Assembly: GCA_964247055.1 (NCBI GenBank)
Contig: OZ176050.1
Coordinates: forward strand, 10,912,001 to 10,976,000
Length of the DNA stretch: 64,000 nt
Direction: 5' to 3'
From: Paragordius varius
Lineage: Eukaryota > Animalia > Nematomorpha
The first letter of the stretch is position 1, and every line of letters starts with the position of its first letter. Below are positions 54,465-64,000 of this stretch, piece by piece. The notes beneath the pieces are model-generated. The model worked only from the letters and a program-made list of their open reading frames with translations, did no database searches and was not told the DNA's origin. The position numbers and the translations under genes are program-made.

Positions 54465-54470
54465 TATAAA
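54465..54470 (+). promoter_or_regulatory. Candidate TATA box of the Gly/Trp-rich gene
   Basis: TATAAA about 50 bp upstream of ATG 54519; weak evidence in AT-rich DNA. Confidence 0.3.
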
Positions 54471-54518
54471 CTAATCAAAAGGTCAACTATAATCATTTGC
54501 TAATTATTATTTGGAATT

Positions 54519-55355
54519 ATGTTGAAGATATTACCTATTCTTCTGGTTTTGGTAATACATATATAATATTATAACCTATCGATAAAATCGATTTTACAAA
54601 ATTATGTCATTTAAAGATCAAACATTTTCCTATTATATTTATTGTTTTATTTGATAAAGGCTCTGTTTAATTCGATTAAAATAAATTTTTGCAAAATAAA
54701 AAAAAATTACGAAAAAATTTCGTTTTGTTTATTTATTCACACTTGTATCTTAGAGTAATAAGAATATGAATTAACTAACTTCAAATGTTGGATTAAAAAG
54801 CCAATTGATTAGATTTAGAGTCAAACCTTTTTTTTCGGGTCCCATTTTTCCGTCCTGACTGCAATTTTTAATCTGTAATAATAAAATGTTATGTAGTTTA
54901 TCACCTTCAATGTTCTCATTGTGAGCCACAATGCTTTCGGTATAATTGGTGGAAACATTGGAGGCAAAGGAGGGATGGGTGGTGGTTGGGGAGGTGGGAG
55001 CATGTGGGGCGGATCTATGGGAGGTGGCGGAAAAGGCGGTATGGGAAACAACTTGTGGGGCGGATCTATGGGGGGTGGCGGAAAAGGCGGAGGTTGGGGC
55101 GGAAACAACTTATGGGGCGGATCTTGGGGAGGTGGTGGAAAAGGCGGAGGTTGGGGCGGAAGTAACTTATGGGGCACTGGAATGTTAGGGGGTGGCGGGA
55201 AAGGAGGAGGAGGAGGTTGGGGTGGTGGAAGCATGTGGGGCGGATCTATGGGAGGTGGTAAAGGATGGGGGGGTAGTTTTCCCTTAAACTCCGTGTATGG
55301 AAGTCCAACTGGAAGTGCTAATTTTGCGTTTGGAAAACGTAGACGTAAGCGATGA
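54519..55355 (+). CDS. Secreted Gly/Trp-rich repeat protein or peptide precursor (163 aa). Exons 54519-54551, 54897-55355
   Basis: Exon 1 MLKILPILLVL (GTAATA donor) splices in phase 0 to FITFNVLIVSHNAFG, giving a signal peptide. It is followed by GGWGG..WGGS-GGGGK repeats and C-terminal SANFAF-GKRRRKR. Confidence 0.85.
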
Positions 55356-55755
55356 AAAACTATCGCTTGGTATATATATATATATATATAAGAAAGTTAT
55401 TACTACATACATTTGTGAATAGACAAATCTTTATTCATTTGATATACGGGAAAATTATACATATGCTGCTAAATTTATGTAATAATATGCAGTCGATGAT
55501 ATCTCCTTATTGTACATACATACATACATAATATCTTACTTGATTTCAAATATATATGTGTCAAATATTTTCTATTATTTATTTTATTACATAAAATTGT
55601 TTACACGGCTAAAATGTGCAAAAATCTAATAAATATTGCATTATTATGGCGCTATATTTAATAATGTGTACTATTTGCAAAAAAGAATTTTCATGAGTTA
55701 AATTTTTCATAAATTATGGTTAAATATTAAATATATTTTATTTCTGCATTATATC

Positions 55756-56733
55756 TAGGGTTAAATAGATAAAGCGCGAACTCTGAAAGGAAGGGGGGTT
55801 ACTATCAAAAATTTTCATTCAAAAAATATTTTTATTTTTAAAATAGGTACATTTCTAATTATAAAAAAAGGATTTTATTTTATTCCCTTATATATTTTTA
55901 TTTGAGCAAATTCATCTGAGCATTATCATTATAAAAATATTATAATAATCTTCACAAGAATTAGTTAAATTTTATCACGTAAAATGGCTTTCAGAGTTTT
56001 AATTTAGTTTATTCACACTTGATTTACTGTAGAAAAAACGCGTTTAGTCGCAGCGTTAATTCCAATAAAGATAGTGCGAATCCCACAATTTTTAAAAATT
56101 ATTGTAAGAAACGCGTAGTTTGTTTCAAAGTGATGAAAAATTTCTAACCGTTTGTTCTCTACTGGTATTTTATCTGATGCCCAATATTTCAACTTTTCCT
56201 TATCAAAAATATTTTTAACTAATGACACTTCATTAAAAAGATCATCTTCATTATTATAGGGGATTATCGAGATATACCATTTAGATTTCAAATTCACCCT
56301 TAAACAATATTTCCCTAAATTAAATAATTATTTTTAAAAATTTAAAATTGCCTGTATTTTTTATATTTTTTAAAAAAAATAAAATTTTGTTTAAAATTAA
56401 AATAATACTGAAAAAATAATAATTTATACAATAAAAATATATTTCATATTAATGATGAGTTATATTAGCCCAAAAACACATACTAATTAATTTTTAGGGT
56501 GAATTTGAACAATTCTAGGGTGATTTTGAATTGTTCAAGGATGAAGTTGAATTGTAAATGATATATATAATAATCAAATGATTTTACGAACACAAAAGAG
56601 CGCAAAACAATAATTTTAATATAAATTTTAACTGGATTCTAAACTCGGGACTTTTTGAAAACTTAGCGGGACGCGCTACAAACATTAAGAAATCGGGACT
56701 GTCCCGCCAAAAGTGGGATGTCTGGTAACCCTA
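55756..56733 (-). mobile_element. Internally deleted Blackjack-type hAT with a nested family-A MITE
   Basis: Perfect TSD ATTATATC (55748-55755, 56734-56741); right TIR TCTGGTAACCCTA; hATC-like remnant 56013-56297. Confidence 0.85.
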
Positions 56734-57348
56734 ATTATATCGCATTTGCACTACATATGTAAATATATAACTGAATAATCGTTTTAAAAATGAAACATAA
56801 ATTAAGCCTCCTATGTCACCATGTACTAATTTTATCATCGCATTTAACTATAACTAGAAATTGACCGGGACAAAATTATAAGATTAACTTGACCATTGTA
56901 TATAAAACTTTGAATTAATGATGTTTTTAAAAAACACTATTCAAAGAGCAATCGTTGCAGTAGCCTGGTCAATGGTTATGGATAGCTTGGGTATTGGGAA
57001 ATGTTTAAAACTCTCTTAAAATACAAAAATCACCAATAACTTCATATGAACGTTGGAATCCCCTCACTGTGCTTTGAATGAGATAAAATGATGCTAAGAT
57101 TAAAATTTTATTCGTAATTTTATTGAATAAAATTTCGCCAGCTCTAATGTTGATTAGGTAACTAACAATATTTAATTATGTTTAATAATCGCCATACTAC
57201 CAATACTGACAAATGCATCATATCATTGAACTCAATATAAACTAAATATTTAATTTTTTATCGTCAATAAAAAAGTGGTACTGTAATATATTATAATAAT
57301 TTTAATAATTTACGCAATATATATATATATATATATATATATAATAAA

Positions 57349-60185
57349 TCTATATATTTACACTGTGTGCAAAAAAGAGGGTCATTTTGATTAAACGATT
57401 TTTTTTCATGGGATAGCTTATGACCAGTGATTTGCCGCAAAAATTATTATTTGTTGACAACCTAGTTTTTGAAATATTGAGAGAAAATCGAAATGGGGCA
57501 AAAAGTGAAAATTAAGGATAATTCAAAAAATAATGATAAAATATAAAATATTATGGTTTATTATCTCAGGAGATAATTTTAATATATAAATAGCCTAAAA
57601 TCATATAGTTAGGGTTTCTATAAAATTTCAGCTTAAAAGATGGCGTTTTTCTTTTATTACACTTAAAAGACAAAAAAATTTAATGAAATTATATTAAATT
57701 TTTTTTGAATATTTACTGGCTAAACTCAGTATTAAAATCTTGACACCATATTTTATTCAGTAAAAAAACTTATATATCAAAATAAAACCAAAAAATATTA
57801 TTTTTTATTTTTAAATTTTTTTTGTCATCTGGTTTGTGAGTGCATAAAAAATTTATACTGTTTTATTTTGGAATCTTACATGAGTACGAATTATAAAGTA
57901 TATAATTTATGCAAAATAGGATTTAAAAGTAGTGGAATATCAACTAACGATCCGTGCAAGTCCCAAAAAAATACTAATTTGTCATAAAACAGACTTGTTA
58001 CAAGAATTTGTAAGGATTGTTGGTTGATATTCCACTACTTTTACATCCTATTTTGCATAAATTATATACTTAATAATTCCCACTCATGTAAGAATCCAAA
58101 ATAAAACAGTATAATTTTTTTATACACTCATAAACCAGATGACAAAAAAATGCAAAAATAAAAAACAATATTTTTGGTTTTATACATGATATATAAGTAT
58201 TTTTTACTGAATAAAATATGATTGTTAAGATTTAAATAGTGAGTTTAGGTAGTAAATAATTAAAAAAAATTATTTTAATATAGTTTCATTAAATTTTTTT
58301 TGCCTTTTAAGTAATAAAAAAAACGCCATCTTTTGAGCTATTTTATAGAAACCCTAACTATATGATTTTAGGCTATTTAAATATTGAAAATATCTCCTAA
58401 AATGACAATATACCATAATATTTCAAATTTTATCATTATTTTTTGATTTATCCTTAAATTTCACTTTTTGCCCGATTTCGATTTTCTCTCAATATTTCAA
58501 AAACTAGGTTGTCAACAAATAAAAATTTTTGCGGCAAATGAATACGCTGGTCATAAGCTATCTCATGAAAAAAAATTTTTTTGTTAAAAATTTTTTTGTA
58601 CACAGTGTTTATCAAAATGTAAAATGCTGGCTTTGTGATCTGTTTCCGGGAAACCGGTAGACCCATTCAAATCCAAATGCCGAAAAAATATAATCATTAA
58701 GGAATGCCCCGACAATAGCTTCGCCCTTTTTTAGAATTAGGCCCCTAGTTCGGGCCCACCCCGTGTAAAAAACGTTTTGAAAACAGAAGTCCACAAAAAT
58801 CGTGTCTATGAGACAATATTCCGGAGAACGTGTTGGACCATTCAATTTCAAATATGATTTCTTAATTATTTTCGATTGCGCCGAACATAGTCGGCTTGCC
58901 TTTTTAAATTAGGCGCTCTTTTTACCCGCACCCCCGTAAAATGCCATTTTTTTCAAAAAACAAAGTCCACAATAACTTTTCAAACCTATTTTTAGCCCAA
59001 GTAAACAATACATTAGTAGGAATGCACCGTTTGTGCTAAAAATATTACCCGCAACAAGGCAAAAATTTAGATAGTGCGGATTTTTAAAATTAGCCGTTAA
59101 TTGGGCCCTTCACGTCCTGAAAAATGCGCTACCATAGAAAGATTTTTTAGTTTTGAGGCAATTTTCCCAAAAACTAATGAGAGCATATGTAATCAATCAT
59201 GATTCCAGGTATTCTCCGTAAAAAAACAAACATTTTAGTCGTGTGCTTTTTTTGTATCAGCATCTGGGTAGGGAGCTACCCGCCTAAAACTGCGCCACCA
59301 TATCAAAATAGCGTGCCTTTGGGGCTAAATTTCAAACAACCTATCATGTCATATGAGTTCAATAGGTGCAAATATTACTTAACAAGGTAAAAATTTAAAT
59401 CAAGCGGCTTTTTAAAATTAGCGGTTAAATAGGCCCTTTACGTCCTAAAAAATGCGCTATCATTGAACTATTATTAGTTTTGAAGCCATTCTTCCATAAA
59501 CTATTAAGCGCATATGGAATGAATATTCCAGCTATTTCCCATATAAAGACAAAAATTTAGCCCGACGCTTTTTTATACCTGCCTCTGGGTAAGAAGCTAT
59601 CCGCCAAAAAACTGCCTCACTATATAGAAATTGCGTTGTTTTGGAACTAATTAAAGAAAACTTATGCCACATGAGCTCATTTAAAGTTCGAAATATTACC
59701 CTGAACTAGGTAAAAATTAACCAGGCCTTTTTTATTAGCTGTTATTTTGGTGCCTTTGTGCCCTAATCATACGCCATCATATAACGATTATTTAGTGTGG
59801 TATTTTTTGGAATAACCCATGAGACAATTGTCTCAAAGATGATTCCAAATATTTTCCCTATAAAGGCAAAAAATTTAACTTAGCGCTTTTTCCATATAGG
59901 CCTATGGGTAGGGGTCTACCGGTTTAAAACTCAGATGCCATACAAAAATGGCGTGACTTTGGAGCTAATTTTCAAAAAACTTAAGAGGCCATACGAGTTT
60001 AATAAAGGCTTTAAATATTACCCATAAAAAGGTAATTATAGTATAGCAGTTTTTTCCGTTGGCCGTCAATTTGGGACCTTTACATTAGTAAACAATATAT
60101 TGGTATGAATAGAATAGCCCCCCCCCCCCACCCCCCCAGAATAAGAACTTCCTCGGGCTGCGTAGCAGCACGAGATTTACGCTAG
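57349..60185 (+). mobile_element. Complete non-autonomous Helitron with internal repeat array
   Basis: A|TCTATATA 5' end; 3' hairpin CTCGGGCTGC-GTA-GCAGCACGAG (60152-60174) then CTAG|T; no TSD; flanked by (TA)n on both sides. Confidence 0.85.
57361..58607. mobile_element. 1.25-kb foldback MITE (CAC...GTG ends, CMC/Chapaev-like) inserted in the Helitron 5' end
   Basis: About 590-bp inverted arms; 4-bp TSD TTTA, confirmed against the uninterrupted Helitron end at 43022-43041. Confidence 0.85.
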
Positions 60186-60477
60186 TATATATATATATAT
60201 ATATATATATATTGATAAATGTTCCTCTGGACCTCATCCTAACATATTTGTATACAATATAATAACATTATATTCTTCATATCTGATTTTAAATTCGATT
60301 TTAATATAAGTCAAAGGCTTAGTACACTTAATTGAAATTATTACAGGGGCGATATTGATACCGTATTTTTAAGGTCCAAATTTTTTGTGATTTCTCTTAC
60401 CATTTATTGACTAATAACTTTTATAATAATAATGATTTGAATAGCATTTATAAAATATATATACATATATATATATA

Positions 60478-63400
60478 TCATAATTCATAACATAATTCTT
60501 GCCGATATTTGGCAAAATGTTGTGGTAGTTTATATATGTTTGGAGTAGTTTCTAGGATCCTCCTATCATATGATTCAGGCAAATTGTTACAAACAAATGA
60601 ATTTTTTTGGTATTTTTCTGATGCATTTTTTGCGTTTAATTGATTTTGTAAATATATGTAAGTAATATTATCAGATGATGCGATTGATAAACGACCTTCT
60701 CTTTCACAGTTACTCGGAGAATAGAGAGTTTGGGGAAAGGAATGAAGTACTGTTTTATAGTTTTTATCTAAACAAGTTTCTAAGATACCATCTTTCAGAT
60801 CAAATTTTTCTGAATATGGATACGTTGATATTGTTGTTGCTATGACATATTGATTTGCATTATAATCATGAGATATTGGTGGTACACTATTCAAATTAGA
60901 TGTAAAAATTTTGGTTTTAACCAGGGTAGGAGTATTTATTGTTGCTATTGGAGTATTTGAAATATTTGAATAGGGGTTTAAAATTCTAATTTCTTTTTTG
61001 GGTGGATTAAGGATAGACTTTGAACCATGTTTGCTGGTTTCATTTCTTTTAGAGTAAGTCAGGGGTGCCTTAGTTGTCATTATAGTTGGGCTACTAATAA
61101 AACTAATTTTCTTGGGAACATTATTCTCTACAACTGCAAGTGGTGGCTCAGTATAGGACTCAGTAATAAGATGGAGAAATATTGTGGCGGGTGGTATAGG
61201 TTCTGATCGTTTATTTTTCAAATGTATATGCCTATATCCTATATCAACCGAAAAGTTTATCATTGTACATTTAACTAATGGCAAAAAAATATATTTTTAT
61301 GTAAATATTGAGCGTTTGATTTTTATAATTTAAAGTTTTCAATTTAATTATAAAATTTTTATAGAAAATATTTTTTTAAATAGTTATAATTGTAGGCGAG
61401 AACGGGTTCAAGGAGTGTTACCATGTCTTTGGCATTATAAAAGGGGAAATTAATTATACAACTATTCAAAAACCTTTTTATTGATTTGTATGGAAAAAAA
61501 GGACATGATCAAAAAACTCTTGTATAGCATACGTTAGCTACTATCTAAATTATTCTATTTTATCGAAAAATAAATGAGCAAGAGTGTTAAAAGCATTTTA
61601 CCTATATTTGATAAGTATTTTATAAACTATTACACCAATACAGTGAATAAATAAATTATTTTATTAACCACATAATTAGTTTAATTAATATAACAGTTTG
61701 TTTTAATGCAGTCAAGTTACCCCAAATTTCGAAAAAAACCTATTATTATTTTTAAACATTATCAATATTTTGGAATATTTTGGCAAATTAGAACTTTTAG
61801 AATAGCCAGGCTTAAAAGATATAGTGTCATGGGCGGTTATATTTTTGCAAACATAAATATATAATGTAATGAATGGGGAGCTCGATTTAGACAAATCATA
61901 AAAAGATTAGGAACAATAAGTAGGGACAAAAACTAATAGGTTCTTTATAATTACGAAACGTCGATCACCCCCTTTGCCGTTACATGCATGATTGGGATAT
62001 TTAGGTTATTACAATAATATAATGAAACAAAGAAAGCCTAATTAAAACAATACTTCAGCATGCAGTATACAAAATGTGAAAATTAATCAAGAAAAACATT
62101 TATTGCAAATGTATAATGGGTTTAACAATACTAAAATATATTGACAATTTGAGATTTTGGCATTCCATAGGATGATGAAGTAAAAATTTAAATAGTCATG
62201 CGGTGAACAAATGTTTTTGGAAATTTGGTTCAATATATAAGAGAATATATTGTATAAAATTTAAAATATTTTTCTGACATCACTGACATAATCAGAAATA
62301 TTGACATGCAATAAAAGGGTTGAACCCAAGGTTAACCAGCCATCATGCTCATCTTTAAGTTTACACGTGCGATATCCTATTTATAGATAAAAAATATATT
62401 GGATCAAAAACTATAATGCCAAAATCAAACCTAAAATTAAAATTGTACAGATTAATCTTGATTTAAAAAAAATCTTAACAAGATAATTTCACATCCTAAG
62501 AGTTAAAATATACCTTGAGTTATACAATTAAATGGGATAGAATACTGTCCAATGAAATCATTTTGGGAAGACGTGTCAAAATCTTTAACTACAAACCTAA
62601 CGATAGTGCTTTCGGGGTCGTCGATTACAAATTCAAAGGATTCATTCCATACTGGATTAAAACCTAATAATAAAAATAGGCTATAAATAAAATTAGGCTA
62701 TAAAATATGTTATCATTACATAAATAATTGTTTGACATAAATTTGATAATATTTAAAACCATAATTAAAGTTGCGTTATTGGTCTTAAATTTAATTCGAA
62801 TAGGAAAATTAATGGTCTATTTTTTCTTCTCTAAATTTAAAGTGGAGTGATTTAAATTGCATTACTGAAATGTAAGTTTTATCACCTACTAGCATTATCT
62901 CTCCTGATTTGATGTCAAAATACAGTCTAACATTAAAAACTTTATATTTTCATCAATACATTATCATTATTATATATGAAAAATTAAGAAACATTAAATG
63001 GTATATGTTAATCAATTGCCTTATATTTTATGAAAACCATAATTTGTGACGATTATCCGCTGTTTATTATAATTAACTTGTGTTTAATACCATTATTTTC
63101 AATGATCCTTGTTTTACATTTTTGTGTTGTCTTAAATCCCATTACATCGATTTTGACATATGGATCTACCACATCTTTATCTGTCCGATTTCGATTTGGT
63201 TTGGGCAATTGTTGGGCGCTTATAATCTTTATGTAATAAATTTTTTTAAAAGAAGAATAATTAGTTAAAATAAAGTTCATCCTAATTTTATAATATATAA
63301 TTATTGATAAATAATATTTATTTAGAAAAGTAGATTTATAACTCAGAATGTTGATTATACACAAATCATTACACACATCAACCAAAAATATTTGGAATAA

Positions 63401-63916
63401 AATAACCTTTCAAAACACCCATATTTGTAATCATTGATATATAAAATACCTGAAGTTTCAAGATTTTCTTCGTAGGTGTTGTAATTGTGCCGCCTATTTT
63501 TAAGTAAAAACAAAATTAAAATTCCATAAAAACATTAGAATAGTCTAAAAATGTCTATCTTTAACATTAAAAATCTTATTGAATGCATTAAAAATCGTCG
63601 AACTTTTTATTTCTTAAGTTAAACCCTTTGATAATACCACTGATGATAGAAAAAATAACGGTTTTGTATTAGTTTAATATAACCATAAATCTCTATAAAA
63701 TTTGCGGATTCTTTTAATAAAACTGAACCCTAGGCTCGCATTTCCAGCCTGTCTTAAATATGCAAATAATTATGTTTTATAGCCAAGAGTTTATACCAGA
63801 TGGTGTATTCGAGAGTAAGTTTTGTGGTTTTAACACATAACCACACCTGCCGTTGTCACGGAATTGAGCATGGTACATTTGCATTTTTTTATCGCTGTGT
63901 TGAAAATTCATAGCGA
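60478..63916 (-). CDS. Phosphoinositide phospholipase C (delta/eta/PLC-like type), 3' part; gene continues past 64000
   Basis: Y-box [19 protein letters not shown]; C2 [28 protein letters not shown]|[16 protein letters not shown]..|GYRHIHL; long C-terminal tail to stop 60478. Confidence 0.92.
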
Positions 63917-64000
63917 CTATAAACATAAAAGTATATAGTGTGTAAAGTGGCCTATTCACATTATGGGGAAAAACAACTAAATGTTGAGATAAAACAATTT

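Noticed and set aside
54821-55234. Pro-rich minus-strand ORF and the VVE-rich alternate-frame ORF 54946-55188
   Set aside because: Shadows of the GGN-rich Gly repeat; only the Gly frame has a signal-peptide exon and a processing motif
53016-56733. Composite hAT transposon capturing the Gly/Trp-rich gene (TIR at 53016, 6/8 apparent TSD with 56734)
   Set aside because: The right TIR has its own partner at 55756 with a perfect ATTATATC TSD; 53016 is a solo end of the same type
56940-57230. Candidate small minus-strand gene with a 26-nt intron-like segment
   Set aside because: Only a short unrecognisable peptide results and no start exon was found

Overview
Very AT-rich animal (metazoan) genomic DNA with spliceosomal genes separated by, and filled with, decayed transposons. 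The exact taxon cannot be fixed from the sequence. Genes recognised: CNOT4 (-), SEC24A/B-type (-), MICOS13/QIL1 (+; only its last exon appears in the ORF track), AMFR/gp78 (-, about 15.5 kb), a divergent 3-exon class-A GPCR (-), RPS28 (+, missed by the ORF track), a 2-exon secreted Gly/Trp-rich repeat precursor ending FAF-GKRRRKR (+), and the 3' part of a phospholipase C (-, runs off the window). The most striking signal is seven ultra-short GT-AG introns of 22-27 nt in CNOT4, MICOS13 and RPS28. All seven would create a frameshift or in-frame stop if retained, and they coexist with kb-sized TE-filled introns. Other notable items: minimal type I hammerhead ribozyme motifs in Penelope-like LTRs (one nearly intact, one split by a hAT MITE); a three-layer nested hAT stack; a repeat-carrying non-autonomous Helitron in two copies; long foldback MITEs; and SEC24/MICOS13 start codons only 65 bp apart. 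All gene models and alignments were read by eye, with no database search.
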